Source of the DNA: Salpingoeca rosetta
Lineage: Eukaryota > Protista > Choanoflagellata
Assembly: GCA_033442325.1 (NCBI GenBank)
Contig: JAWQFM010000019.1
Coordinates: 1 to 64,000 of the forward strand
Direction: 5' to 3'
DNA: 64,000 nt
Shown here: piece after piece, positions 40,617 to 55,440 of the stretch
Position numbering within the stretch: position 1 is the stretch's first letter
How the letters are laid out: each line of letters opens with the position of its first letter
Program-made: the position numbers and the translations under genes
Notes under the pieces: generated by a model
What the model was told of the DNA's origin: nothing
The model's database searches: none
The model's input: only the letters and a program-made list of their open reading frames with translations

Positions 40617-42218
40617 CTCACACACGCACACACACACACACGCTCACCACCAACTCGCACTCACCACCAACTCGCACTCACCACCAACACATCCATCAAC
40701 CAACACATGCACACTCAACACAACATCAGGTGCTTGGACCAAGTGGGCGTGCGCCTGAGCGAGGAGCAGCGGGAAACGCTGCTGAAGCAGTACGACACAG
40801 GCGACGGCCGCGTCAACTATCGCCAGTTTGTGCAGGACGTGTACAGCGCCTTCACCCGCACCAACCTGGAAAAGGCGCCTGCGGAGAAGCCGCCAACGCC
40901 CGACCGCGCCGAGACGTCGCTCATCGGCGCGGCCGCGCGCTTCGGATACGACGACCCGGAGATGGAGGATCTCTACTTTGAGCTGCGCGACATCATCCGC
41001 AAGCACTGCAAGACATACGGCATGTCCGTTCGCTCCGCGTTCCAGGAGTTTGACAAGGTCAACAGGGGCATCGTCACCCCAGCACAGTTTGAGCGCAACC
41101 TCCCCGCGCCCAAGGACATTGAGCCCTTCCACGTCAGGGTGAGCCCCACTGCCGTGCGTGCGTGTGTGTTGGGGGGGGGAGGGTTCTTGTGCGTGCATGT
41201 GTATGTGTGCATGTGTATGTGTGCATGTGCATGTGTATGTGCATGTGCATGTGTGTGTTTGGGTATGAATGTGACGGTGCGTGGGTTCTTGTGCACCTTG
41301 CACAGCTGCAGCTGCGTTGGTTTTGTATGAACCGCCTCCGTTTGCTGGTGTGCGTTTGTTGTGAGCATACATTCCACCATTGCTGTGCTGACACTGTCAA
41401 CACCACTCTACCCTCCACACTGCGTTCCCTTCATGTGCCCGTCACCTGCCATAACCGGCTGCAGGTGATTGCCAACCGCTTTCTGCAGGACAACAATATG
41501 GTCAACTACCTCGCCTTCCATCGCGACGTGGAAGGCATTGGCCCCGAGCAGCCACTCGGGTACGGCCCACCACACACATCTATCGTGTCGCAGAACTCGT
41601 ACACAACAGCAGGCGCAGTCATCTGCGTCTCAGCACACACACACACACACACACGCACACATACACACACACGCACACACGCACACAGCACACACACGCA
41701 TATACATACACACATACATACATACACAGGGTTGCACACACCTGTCTCTCACCTCCTCCTCCTCCCCGCATCCTCGTCATCCACTTCAAACCCCCCCCCC
41801 ACACACACACACACGACAGGTTCCGCAACACGCTGCGCAAGAGGGAGATGGAGGACGTGCCTGGTGCCGGCACCATCAGGGCGGCCAGCGCCGACGACGT
41901 GTTGCGAGAGCTGCAGGTTGCCTTTCACAAGACGCGCGTGCGCCCCGTGGAGTTTATGCGGGATTACGACAAGCTCAACTCGTCTTGCATCACGGCAAAC
42001 CAGTTTGAGTGCGGCCTGAGCCTCGCCTGCTCCGCACCAGGTGCTGTTGTCGACGTGGTGGTGCATCGTGTGCCGTGGGTGTCGGTTGGACCATCGTGGG
42101 TGGCTGGATGTGTGGAAAGGGGGAGGGGGCACGTTGGCGTGGTGAAGCACGCCATTGCAACCCGTGTGACTGAGACACACACACACACACACACACACTC
42201 ACTCACGAGGTGATCTTC

Positions 42219-42304
<86 letters not shown>

Positions 42305-45300
42305 CGGGGTGCGGCTGACGCGGGAGCAGGTGAATGCGCTGGTGGAGCGGTTCAGAGCACCGGACGGGCGCGTCAACTACAGGCAGTTCTGCAAACAGGT
42401 TGACGAAGGTACGCACACACTCACACACACACACGGCAGACGGCGATTGTGATGTGCACAGTGGTGTCATTGTGTCACGCGAGTACTAGTTGTTCTTGTT
42501 TTGCTTCTTCTGATGTCTACACGCGCCTCGCCCCACCTCACCTCACTTCCTCCACTCGCCCATCGTCATCATTATCACCACCACCACCACCACCACCACC
42601 ACCACCACGGCAGCATTTGTGACGGGCAAAGATGACGATCTTGTCCGGGACCCGCTTGCGTCTGTGCCGACGCGCACGCGAAAGGACATTGTGCGGGACG
42701 AGAACGAGCTGGCAGGGGAGGACGAGGAACGCGTGCAGCTGGTGCTCGCCGCCATCAAGCAGCACGTTGACGAGCGAAACCTCGACCTGTATCCCCAGTT
42801 CAGGGACTTTGACCGCCGCCACGGCTTCACCAAGGGCGTGACGCGCGCACAGTTCCGGCGGCTGCTCGACCTGACGCTGGGGCTGCCGTTGCAGGAGAGG
42901 GACGTGGAGTTGGTGTGCGACAAGTACACGAACGCAGCAACGGGACACGTCAACTACCACAAGTTCATCGCGGACGTAGACGAAGATTCGAACCTGAAGC
43001 CGCAGGAGCAACTGTACTTTGACAAGGCCAGCATCGCCAACTTCAAGACGATGAAGGATGTCGATGCAGAGCGAGAGGAACGCATGGCAGACCTCGACGA
43101 AGCCATTGCTATGCTCAAGCTCAGGTGAGACCACACGCCCTCATGCTCCTGGCTGCATGGACTTGTGCTGACAGTATCGTGCGCGTGATTGCATTTCCTT
43201 CTTCGTCTGTGATCGTGTGTTTGAACATTGTGTTCATGCACCACCACCATCAATTTTGCTTGTTGTCGAGCCACGTTCGTGCGCGACTGAAATGCATCTA
43301 CAACAGCCATCCCTCACATCACCACCACCACCACCACCACCACCATCACCACCACCACCATGTTTGCTGTCACTGTCAGGGTTGTGGAGCGATCACTGCG
43401 TGCAGCGGAGTATCTGCGGGACTTTGATCGACTGCGCAAAGGCCTCATCACCGCCGCCCAGTTCAAGACGGGCGTCAAGGCAATGCACCCAGACATGTCA
43501 GAGGTGCGCCCCTCACATCGTGCTTGTGCTCGTGTGTGTCTATGTGTGTGTGTGTGTGCTTACTTGTCTCTATGTATGTGTGCATGTGTGTATTTGAACA
43601 TGTGTTTGTACTGTTTGTTCGTACGCCCAAGCGTCAGCGTTCATGTGCTTACGCCTGAATCATGCGCATCTCCTCCTCCTCTCCCCAACTCCCCCCCCCA
43701 AACTAGGATCACCTGAATGCGTTGACTGCTGCGTACACGGACACGACGGCAGCACCGCCAGCAGTCATTGCCTGGCGCCGGTTTGCGTCGGATATGGACG
43801 ACCTCCTGCTCCCCACCAGAAACCTCGAGAAGGCGCCAACCACGTGCGGTGACTGAAGTGGCGAGAAAGGATACAGAGGGGGAGGGGAGAGGAGGGGCAA
43901 GAGAGACAGATGGTTCACATGTAGCTTGTGCGACTTGTACGAATCAAGCACACGACAAGTGGGTACCCTCTCACGCTCACACGTTCACTCACGTTCACGA
44001 CCGCAACAATTTGCCGCTGATGATGGGGTCTCATTCCGTGTGATTGTCTGTTCCGCTGTCTGTTCCGCTTTGCCAGGATGACGCGACCGGAGACAGAAGT
44101 TGTTCGGGAGGTGCAGGACGCCACGCAACAGACACCGCGCACAAAGGGTGTGTATTGCGTGGGAGGGTTGAAGAAGGGTGCATGTGCATGTATGTGTGCA
44201 TGTGTTCATGTGTTCATGTGTTCATGTGTGCATGCGCTTGTGACAAGTTTGGGTGAGATGCGTTGCTCATATCCATATCTGTTGCTGCTGGCTTCATCAG
44301 GGTTTGATGAGCAGTCGCTGGATGAAGTTGACGAAGCAATGGAGTCCATCCGCTTCCAAGTCGCCAAACACGTACGTCAAACACACACACATGCGCACAT
44401 GCGCACATGCTCGTGCATGCACACTTGCTCTCGTATCGCTAATCTGGTTGTGCGCGCGTGTGTGAATGGATGTGCAGAAGCTGCAGCCGAAGGACTACTT
44501 GAAGGATTTTGACCGGCACAACAAAGGCAAAGTAACGGAGCAGCAGTTTGCACAGGCGCTGGATATGGCCCGCATCGTCCTCACCCCGCGACAGGTGAAG
44601 AGCAATGCACGTGTTGATCCTGCCGTGACCGTTGTTCATCGTTGTCTGCTGTCTGACTCCAATATCGTGTGTTCTTTCTTTCTTTGTTTGCCGATTCTCT
44701 GTTATTGTGTCCTCACACACCCATCTCGCTCATGCTGTCACACCCCTCTCCACATTACGACTACAACGCGCCAGGTGCGGCTGCTGCAGCTGTACTTTGG
44801 ACACGACGGGCTCGTCTCGTATCGCCTCTTCCTCAACGACCTTGCCCCAGCAGCTGCGCTCGCAAACCTCACACAGAACACTCTCCGCGGTGTCAAGGAG
44901 GTGCGTATGATAGCGAGTGTGTGTGCATGTGCCTGTGTGTGTGTGTAAGCGAGTGTGTGTGTGTGTGTGTGTGAGTATGTGCAGATGTCTCTGTGTGTTT
45001 GTGTGTTTGTGTTTAAGTGTGTGTGTAAGTGTGTGGCTACAGGGGAGTGAGGGAACACCATCACTGGCACCAGCCCCTGCCATCATGCCCTCTTCCACGT
45101 TCATCGTCGCCACCATCGCCATCATTGCGACTGCCAGGTTGAGACGCGGCGGAATCAGTTCCGGGACAAAGACGACGGCGCGGACCTGGAGGAGACAATG
45201 GAGAAAATCAAGCTCGCGGTATTGGCCTGTGCTTTTCGTGCCGCTGTTGGTGGTGATGATAGAGGAAGGGCGATGTAGTCTGTTGCAACACACAGAGAGA

Positions 45301-46278
45301 GAGACACACACAAGCACACACAAACACACACAAGCACACAAGCACACACACACACACACGCACATACGCACACGCACGCAGGTACAAAGGAAATGCCTGT
45401 CCCCTCGTCATGCCCCATTGCTCATGCCTTCCTCCCCCATTTCCACCAAATGCCTCACCAGGTTGCCCAGCGCCGTATCCGCATCATCGAACACATGCGC
45501 GGGTTTGACAAGTTGCGTAAGGGCCGCGTCACCGTGCGCGCGTTCCGCTCTGCGCTGTCCATGTGCGGGCTGGAGCTGACGCTGCCGGAGTACCGGGCAC
45601 TTGAGAGCGAGTACGCGGTACCCGAGGTGCCGGAGCACGTGAACTACGTCAAGTTCTGCCGGGAGGTGGACGCCGTGTTTGGCGCCACAGACCTGCACCG
45701 GGAGCCGACGCTGGAGAGCCAGCAGTTCATCCCGCCAATGGACATTGAGGTGGAGGCGAACACACGCAAGATGGCGGGGGAGGAGAAGAACGTGGCGGAG
45801 GAGGTGCTGATGCACGTGGCGCGGATTGTGGACGAGAGGGGTGTGGCCATGAACGACGACTTCAAGGACTACGACCGCGTCAACAGGGGATCAGGTAAGG
45901 GATTATGATGTGATGTGATGTGGTGTGGTGTGGTGTGGTGTGGTGTGGTGTGGTGTGGTGTGGTGTGGTGTGGTGTGGTGTGGTGTGGTGTGTGGTGTGG
46001 TGTCATGTGTGGGCCAGGCGATGCCTCTGCTTGTCTCACACATGGCGTCTCACACTTTGCGTCTCCACAACACCGCCGCCACTGCAGTGACACGGTCCCA
46101 GTTCCAGCGAGTGTTGTCTGACCTACGCCTGACGGACGGCGTGAAGCAGTCGAGCGTGGATGCGCTCATGAACATGTTCCGGGTCCGCGTTGGTGGACAG
46201 GAGAACGTGCACTACCGCCGGTTCCTGACCCAGGTCGACGCCATCTGCGAAGACCTGCACCGCGCACCGGCCCAATGA
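39662..46278 (+). CDS. Large protein of repeated EF-hand pairs (F.DFD....G.IT..QF / G.VNY..F), multi-exon
   Basis: Repeated units: FRDFDPLRAGRITPSQF, FQEFDKVNRGIVTPAQF, MRDYDKLNSSCITANQF, FRDFDRRHGFTKGVTRAQF, LRDFDRLRKGLITAAQF, LKDFDRHNKGKVTEQQF, MRGFDKLRKGRVTVRAF, FKDYDRVNRGSVTRSQF; most are followed by a VNY..F-type motif. Confidence 0.85.
45908..46000. repeat. (TGTGG)n pentanucleotide microsatellite, intronic
   Basis: Directly visible. Confidence 0.95.
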
Positions 46279-46628
46279 TGCCAACACGTCATGGGATGGC
46301 ATGGGATATGGAATGAGGTGGGGTGGTGGGGATGGATGTGTCTGGCGCTTGTTTGTTGTCAAACACTCTTCTTCGTCTGTGTTGCACATCAGCAACCCCA
46401 GGCTGTACGTGAGTGCGAGGGGGTAGGCGTGCGTGTTTCATACGAGTGATTTTGTTCTTGCATCTTGCATCTTGCTTGCCAACTTGCTGTCTTTTCTCCT
46501 TTTCGCTTGCGTTGTTGTGCTGACATTCACTTGGTGGTTCGATTATATGTTAGCAATTCCACAACACACACCCACAGCGACAGCGACGCACGTGCGTGAA
46601 ACCCTAGCACACATACACACACACACAT

Positions 46629-46660
<32 letters not shown>

Positions 46661-46700
46661 GCACTCACAAGCATTCACACGCATACACAAGTGTGTGGAA

Positions 46701-47016
46701 TCAAGCGGTGTCGTTTGCGCTGGATGACAATGTGGATGGTTGTGATTGATAGAAGTTGTGGGTGATGGCGTGTTGAATGCACTGCAGAATGATGTTTGTT
46801 TCCTGCCGGATTTCCGTGTCGAGCAGCTGACAAAGCAGAGGAGGCGATGGTGGCGATGGTGGCGATGGTGGCAGATGTGCGTGCGTGCGTGTGTGTGTGT
46901 TGTGAAATGGTGAGGTTGATCAGGGCAGCGGCGTGGGTGTGGTAGGAAGTCAAGGTGGCATTAAAAACACGCACGCACGCACACACACACACACATACAC
47001 ACGCACACACACACAC

Positions 47017-47109
<93 letters not shown>

Positions 47110-48194
47110 ATTCGCAGGAGGGTGGGTTTGTTGACTGTGGTCTGGATGAGGGATTTGCTCTTCTTTGGCGGCAGTGCATTATCATTGTCGTCAGCGTGGC
47201 GGCGGTGTTGGCGACGACTGCGCTCGTGACTGACAGCTCCTCCACCACCATCACCATCACCACCATGGCCACTGCTGTTATCGTCGTTGTTGTATTTCGG
47301 CGGGAGGGGCGGGGCCACATCGCTTCGGCACTCATCTGGGACAGCAGCGCCTGCAGTGAGGGGTTGAGGACCATCGGATGGGTCACGCGGAGTGGTATGA
47401 AAAGGTGATGTCATCAAAACAGGGTCAAACAGAGGAGAAAGGGGCAGAGAGAATGTGTGAGAATGTGTGAGAATGCGTGCGCATGTGTGAGAATGTGTGC
47501 GCATGTGTGAGTGAGAGAGACATGTGCATCCAAACACACAAGCACACTACACACCCACACCCGCACCCACACTCACACAGAGTCACAGTCACACGCATAG
47601 TCACAGTCACAGTCACAGTCACACACACTCTCTCACCCCCCCCACACACACACACAGAAGTGCAGTACCGTCTGCATCTGTGATGAGCGCGGCCGCGTCA
47701 TATTGAATAGAGGCCACGAGCTGCGTCGCCGCCTCTTCCGGCAGCGGTGCAACACGCGGACCTGTCGACCGCCCAACGACTCGCCCTTTGCCCGCATATC
47801 TGCAATCATCGACACACCGGGCGCAGTGGTTTAGGGTGAGGATGAAGAGGATGGACGCTGAAGCGGTGAGCATGTGCACGTCATAAGTTGAACGAAGCAG
47901 CCGCAGTCGCAACAAGTATCGGGAAGAAGCAACACGAGCGGCAGTTTTAAGCATGTCATGACTGCACTGCATGCCCTGCACACGTGTTCGCACTTGAATT
48001 CGGTTGCGCGGGCCACATTCCCGCTCTGCTCCTTCTCCTGCTCCTGCTGCTGCTTGCGCTGCATGTTGGCATCCGTGGGGTAGTTTCTATTGCAGCAGTG
48101 TATGTGGCGAGAACAGATCAACGGGATTGGCTGCAGCATCGAGCAAGCGCTGACGAGCAGGTACAAAACAAAAAGCAAACGAAAATGTACATGT

Positions 48195-48260
<66 letters not shown>

Positions 48261-48750
48261 ACACACACCAACAGCAGTGCTTACTTGCGTCGTGCTGCAC
48301 GCCACTCCTCAATCTCCTTCGGGTCGTACTTCCACTGCTTCTTCCCGCCCCCACCGCCGCCATCGCGATTCACCGCGGCGGCTGCAAGCGCCTCCTCATC
48401 AACGTACGCTGCATCGCCACCATCCCCGTTCCCATCGTCGTCGCTGTTGTTGTCGTCATTGTCGTCAGAGCTTGAATCTGTGTCGCTGCCGCCAATTCCA
48501 AGGATGTTGGGAGCACTCTTCTTCTTCTCCTTGCGAGGCTTGACGCTGGTCAAGGCTGCACTGCTGCTGGAGGCACTTGTTGATGCGCTTGTCGACGCTT
48601 GCACAGCAGCTGCGGGCAACGTGTTGGTCGACGAGGCGATTTGGCCTTGTCGTTGGTCTCGCTTGCGCTGCTGCTGTTGCTTGCGACGAGGCTGATTTCT
48701 TCGTCGCTGGTTATTTGCTTGTCGCTGCTGCCCATGCTGCTGTTGGTAAC

Positions 48751-48811
<61 letters not shown>

Positions 48812-49399
48812 AAACTGTACCCCACCTGCTGTGGGCCACGCCTGAAAGGCCTGATGCTGCGGCGTCTGTTGCTGCGTCATCGGTTGTTGTGGCATCTGCT
48901 GTTGCTGCTGTAATTGCTGTGGCAAAGGCATGAGGCCAGGCTTTGCTGGTGTGGGCGGCGTCGGCATGAGCCCTTGTCGACCCGATGTCGAGGTTGTCAT
49001 CGGCGCACCACTCATGGGTGTTGGAACAAACGCCGCAGCATATCCCATCGGCTGTGGTTGCGGTGGTTGCGATGGCACGAACGTTTGCGGTTGCTGTGGT
49101 TGTGATGACACAAACGGCTGCTGCTGCACCATCATGAACGGCTGCTGTGGTGGCTGCTGCAGCTGCTGCTGAGGTTGAAGAGGCTGACCAAACTGCAGTT
49201 GTTGGAATGATTGCTGTGGCTGTTGGAACATCCGCTGCTGTTGCTGTTGGAAGCACGGTTGTTGCAGATGATGATGCTGCTGCTGCTGGAGCTGGTGCTG
49301 TTGCTGCAGATGTTGACCACCGCCTCCCATCAACCCACCACCGCCCGTACCACCACCTCCCATCAACCCACCACCGCCACCACGCATCGCACCCCACAT
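46701..49399 (-). CDS. NUFIP1: NUFIP1/Rsa1 box C/D snoRNP assembly factor with Q/P/G/M-rich N-terminus
   Basis: DPKEIEEWRAARRK|NYPT (Rsa1/NUFIP1 PEP motif) and C-terminal KPTLLRM|LLDTEIRQETNIILQCIQHAITHNF, matching NUFIP1 LLEMLL..DIRHERNVILQC. Confidence 0.85.
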
Positions 49400-49755
49400 C
49401 GTGTTCGTCTTCTTCTTCGTCGCAGCGTGGGTGCAGAAAATTTGTGGTATTTTCCAACAATCGCCAAGACTTTCGTCGCGTCATCGCCGGTTGGTGTGAA
49501 AGCTGTTTGTGTTTGACCACGCATGGATGCGACAATGACTGCAGCGTTCTGTCAACATCACGCCTTGTTGCTTGCTTGCTTGCTTGCCAATTGAATGCCC
49601 TGCCCGTCACCAGCCTCCTGCATCTCTTTGACTGCCTTGTTCACTCGTGCTGCTTGAAATGGAATCTCACGTGGAACGTCATCACTGCAGAAATAAGTGG
49701 GAAACAACCCTCCAACCCACTTCACCGCTCACGCACACGAACATACAAGCACAAA

Positions 49756-51008
49756 ATGGAAGAGGAGGAAGAGCATGCGCAAGCGGTGGCCGAGTTTCGG
49801 CGACTTCTCCCAGCGAGAACCGGCAGTGACAGTATACCACATTCGTCCAACATAGCCCCGCTCGACCGTACACAACTGCTCGCTCTCATGGCCAACAGCT
49901 CAACCCCTGTCACATTCACATGGAAAAAATCCGTACGTGGGTGTGCGTTTGTATGTATGTATGTATGTATGTATGTGTGTTTCTGTGCTCGTGTGTGTGC
50001 GTGCGTGCGTGCGTGTGTGTTTGTTTGTTTGTGTGTGTGTATACACATGGTTGTGTCTATAATGTGGAGCTGAATGTCATCTGTTGCCACCCTCGCGTGT
50101 GTGCACCTCTACACCTTTGCATGACTGCCTTTTGTTTTCACACATTACATGTGTGCACGTTGCGTTGCAGGTGCTGCAGCTGATGCACTACGCTTTTCTT
50201 GGTGTTGCCACGGCAAGGGATGGTGAGTCAGCACTGGAACCCATCGCATCGCAGCCTGAGATCAGTGTCGTCGCACAAATACATACACACACTCTCACTC
50301 ACACACACACTCTCTCATGCACTCACTCGCTCGCTCGCTCTCTCACTCACTCTCACTCACACACTCACTCACTCACTCACTCACTCACACTCACACACTC
50401 ACACACTCGCACATTTACTCTCACCTCCAACTTGCCTACGCTTGCATTTCATGCGATGGGTGTTAGATCTCGAGTTCTGCGGTGGTGGTCGCGGCTCTGG
50501 TGCAAAGGGAATGACATACAGTGACGATGACGCCAGTGATGCTGATAATGATGGTGCTGGGGACGCCAGTCGCGGTGCAAGAAGAAGGCCGAGTCGGGTG
50601 AGCAGGCGCGGGAGTGGCAGCGTTGGAGATGCCAGTGCCGTCAATGACATTGGAGGGCACGGTGATGGCGACGACGACGAAGACGATGCACACGTGCCCC
50701 TGTTTCGCCTTCCTCCTCCTGTACCCCCATCAGCGATTGATCCCATCCTCGAGGTGAGTGCGTGTGTCTTAGTGCGTGTGTGTTTCTGTCTCTGTGCATG
50801 CACGCGTGTGTTACTACTTGACGCACGCTCTCGCGGCTGTGTCACATCGTCCCCCCCCCTCTCTTGTCTTCCCCACACCACTCCATCCCACCGCCAGCTC
50901 GGGTCGTCGCTCGCGTCTGCCGGCGTGGCGATGCGGTCTGGCCTCTCCGCGGCCACGGGTGTCTTCGGCAGCCTCGTCCTCGGCGCAGGTCCGGCAACAG
51001 AAGCGGGG

Positions 51009-51049
<41 letters not shown>

Positions 51050-51051
51050 TG

Positions 51052-51094
<43 letters not shown>

Positions 51095-51098
51095 GTGT

Positions 51099-51129
<31 letters not shown>

Positions 51130-51641
51130 CGTGCGTGTGTGTCTGTGTGTGTGTGTGATTGATGAGGGGTTCCTTTGTGAAACTGAAGCTTATGTTGTCA
51201 ACGCCATCACGATCACCATTTTGTAGGATCGACGTTTGGGCGAGCAGCAACGACGGCGGGCTCAACACTCGTCTCCACCATCAGATCAAACCTCGTGGGT
51301 GCACGCGGCGCTTGCACACACACACACACACATACACACATACACATACACACACATATCTCACACACACAAACGTACATGTGCGCATTGTCCTGCTCAC
51401 TGCTGTTTGCTGTGTGCACATGTCATTCGTTCGCTGTTCAGGCGGCGCTGCATCGGTTACGCGAGCGGTCACAACAATCGCGCGCAGGGAACGAAGGTAC
51501 GGGCAACAACTGTGATGGCGATGGTGATGAAGACGACAGCGATGATAGTGGTGAAGCATTGTGACCCCCGGTCATGGCATCACGTCGTGCCCGAAACGGG
51601 TGGTGTCACACAAATGCTCCTTGTTCTCACCCATCACATCA

Positions 51642-51722
<81 letters not shown>

Positions 51723-52390
51723 GGTCGTCGTTGCCAACAGCGCTTGATCTGACGCCCGAGGAACAGGCCGTGCTGGATGCAAAGTTGGCGGAGATGGAGA
51801 AGGTGTTGGAGGAGGAACTGAAGCAACTGCAGGAGCAGGAAGTTGATATCTATGTACGCAACCATACGCAACGTCATTGTTGGCGCGATGATGCGATGCA
51901 GATGTGCTGCACGGCTGCGACACGTGCTTGGGCCCCTGTTCGTTTTCTCTCCTTATTCACCCCTGCCTCTAATTCCAACCACCACCACCACCACCATCAC
52001 TGCCTGGTGCGCAGGTAGAGAAGTTCACGGAGGCGATGGAGATGTCGCGCAAGTTGGCTGAGATGGAACGCGTCATGCAGCAGAAGAATGAGGAAATTCT
52101 GCTCCAGCGCGAAATTGTTGCGCTGGAGATGGAGGAGAATCGACTCAACCCGGAGCCCGACGACTCGCGTGCCGAGCTCTCAGGTGCGCTCTCACGATGG
52201 TCGCGGTCATGCTCGTGGTGGATTGCTGGCGTGTGGAAGAGTAGGGGGGGGGGGGTTCTTGGGGTGTGTGTGTGTGTGTGTGTGTGCGTTCCTTGCATGG
52301 CAGCGTACTCACAACTCCTGGAATGACGTGTCATTGCGTGTACAGTGATCTTCCGCCGCGCCTGGACCTTGGCCAGTTCTTGTCCTCGTG
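49756..52390 (+). CDS. Hypothetical protein, acidic with C-terminal coiled coil, multi-exon
   Basis: Coding-like exons between GT..AG introns: MEEEEEHAQAVAEFRRLL...; LTPEEQAVLDAKLAEMEKVLEEELKQLQEQE; VEKFTEAMEMSRKLAEMERVMQQKNEEILLQRE. The 3' end is uncertain. Confidence 0.6.
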
Positions 52391-52398
52391 AACGAACG

Positions 52399-52445
<47 letters not shown>

Positions 52446-52787
52446 CTACACGACACGACACAAACACCACATAAGAACGTCTGTGTACATATGAGCATAC
52501 CCCGAGTTACCTCCAATACTTTTTGCAGTAAACGCTAGACATGATGAAAGCTCTCGTACAGTTCAAATGGAATGGAGCGTAGTGCTGGAACACGTTTTGT
52601 TGGAACGTGCCGTTGAAAACAGTTTGGTTCTGTTTAATAAGTGTTCTGAAACAGCACAATGAAACGGCTATCTATCACTACACGCTATAAGTACACATGC
52701 ACTTGTAACACAATGGCCATATTGGAGTGTTGGTGCCATCGCGTCGTGGAGGCGAGTTGCGTTGGTGTTGGTGGTCCTTGCTGCACG

Positions 52788-54680
52788 TCACTGTTACGTA
52801 TCATGCACACAATCGAGAGTGAGGCAACATCATATCCCGCGTCGCAGGCAAGCACACACATTCACACATACAAGACACATGAACACACATAAACACACGC
52901 ACATGCACACACACACATGAACACACCTGCACACCTTCACACACACATAAACACACGCATATGCACACACACATGAACACACCTGCAGCTTCTTTGGCTG
53001 GAGTGCAATGTCGAGGGCGTGTGCCCTTTGTTTGTTTGGGCAGAAGAGTTCTTTGATTGCGTAATGGATGGTGATTGCGACGAGAACAAAGGCCACCACG
53101 CCCGCCGTCATCAACCACGCGGGATCAGCCGCCGTCAGCGGTGGGATGTCGTCCCAATACTGACGCGAATGGAGGGTGAGTGGAGGGAGGGTGGTTGGGG
53201 TGAGTGAAAGCGTGTGTAAGTGTGTGCATGTGTGTGCATGTGTGTGCATGTGTGTGCATGTGTGTGCATGTGTGTGCATGTGTGTGCATGTGTGTGCATG
53301 TGTGCATGTGGAAAGGGGGGAGGAGAACCAATGTGCACATGCACATGTGTGTGTGTGCGCGCGAACCTTGTATGCGATGAGATCTTCGGTGATGAGGATG
53401 AGCCCGACCATCGAGACCTGCTGGCCCATCTTCTTGCACGTCCTGCAGCAATCACAGCCACGCACACAGGTACGAAGGAGATATCAGACAAAGGCGCAGG
53501 CACGGAAATGACAACTCAACCACAGTCAAACAACAGCACAACATCACACACTCACACACACTCACACATACAGACACACAAAACACACACACACACACTC
53601 ACCTACCCACAGACACACACACACGGTCCACAGTCCAGAGCGGGCCACGTACGGGTCTGTGATGTACGCGTTGAGTTCTGCGACGGCAACGGGGGCGGCG
53701 CACCCCGCGAACAGCAGCCGGTACACGTTGAAGCTGTCACGATGGTGAAATGTGGTGACGTGAGGGGTTGTGAGGTGAGGTCAACAAGGATCATGTCAGT
53801 CAGCGGCGCACTTATGTGCGATGTGTGTGTGTGTATGTGTGTGTGTTTGTCTTTTCGTGTGTGTGCATTAACGGTGGTGATTTGCACACCTGTGGTCAGC
53901 AGGGATCCAGAGCGTGGACTTGAGATAAAACGCGTTGAGATCCGAACAGAGCATCTGGTGATCAGAACGCATGAACGAGGGAGGAAGTGAGTTGTGGGGA
54001 CGTGGTACAATGAACACAACACGCACACACACACATGCACACACATGCACACACATGCAAACACACACATGCACACACATGCACACACACACATGCAAAC
54101 ACACACATGCACACATGCAAACACACACACGCACACATGCAAACACACACACACGCACACATGCACACATGCACACATGTACAGACACGCAAAACAAAGC
54201 ACAAACGCAACAAACACGACCACTTGTATGCAACGTGTTCCCACCATCCAGATTGCAAAGAGCGTGACGAGCCAGTGCTTGAGGTCGCGGTACGGGCCCC
54301 ACTGGAAATTCGTCCATGCGTACGGCGAAAACTGCGCAATTGCGCGCATCAGCTTGCCCCTGGTGACGACGACGAGGTGATAGTGGTGGTGTTGGGGATG
54401 GTGAGTGTTGGTGGTGGTGGTGGTGGTGGTGGTGGTGGTGGTGGTGGTGGTGGTGTGGTGGTGGTGCCGTGAAAGGGAACATGCAAGCTTTGGGCGGCGC
54501 ATTGCATGCGCACTTAAATCACAGCGGCTCACAAACAAACACAGCAACACCGCTTCCCACACCTTGCAGTCGGGATCTTGTTGATGCCGCGCCAGCGGTA
54601 CTCCTTCATCTCGAGATAGCGGCAGAGCAGCAGCCCAACCGCAATCCCGCCCCCGTTGCACACGATAAAGTCCAGCACCC

Positions 54681-54726
<46 letters not shown>

Positions 54727-55406
54727 GGTAGCGTGAGTTGAGGGAACCTCAAAAAAGTACACACACGCACACACACACACACACAAGCATCAGCATGTAC
54801 ACATGAACAACGCCGTCACACAGGGACACCATGTCAACAAGAAGAAAGGCATGTGGTGTTGCTGAAACTCACGTGGTCCCACCAGCACTCGCCAAAGTTT
54901 GGCAGCTGAAACTCAAGCATGTACTCAAACAGCTCAAATGCAAAACTGCACACCTGTCGTGGTGATGAGGTGACGGGGGATGAGGTGACAGCGCACGGAA
55001 CAGGCACAAACTCACTCATGGCAGTGTTTCACGACAGCCTTTGTCTGCCCAACACAAACAACTACAGTACGCCACGTATTTACAATCTCACACATCCACC
55101 ACCACCACCATCACCACACAAACTCCACAACAAAGCAAACTGCTCACACCCTCACACGCTGTTACCATCACTTGGACCACGTACCAGGAGAATCTTGAGG
55201 TTCCTGAAGGCGAGTGCCTTGACAACCCACCCCAATGCGTGCGCAATCACAAAACGATCCATCTTTTGGAGAAAGTTTGCGTAAGGGTTTCCGGATGGAT
55301 GGTCCGGAACATAAATACGACAGTCGTCAGCATACGTCTGCTCAGGCAACTTCTGGCCTGCAGTGTTGAACGCACGGTGTAGTGGCGTCGGTGGTGGTGG
55401 TGATGA

Positions 55407-55440
<34 letters not shown>

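Noticed and set aside
52541-52649. ATGATGA...CTGA box C/D snoRNA candidate in an AT-rich patch
   Set aside because: No terminal stem or guide complementary to the 18S/5S visible here; would need snoscan against 28S and small-RNA data.
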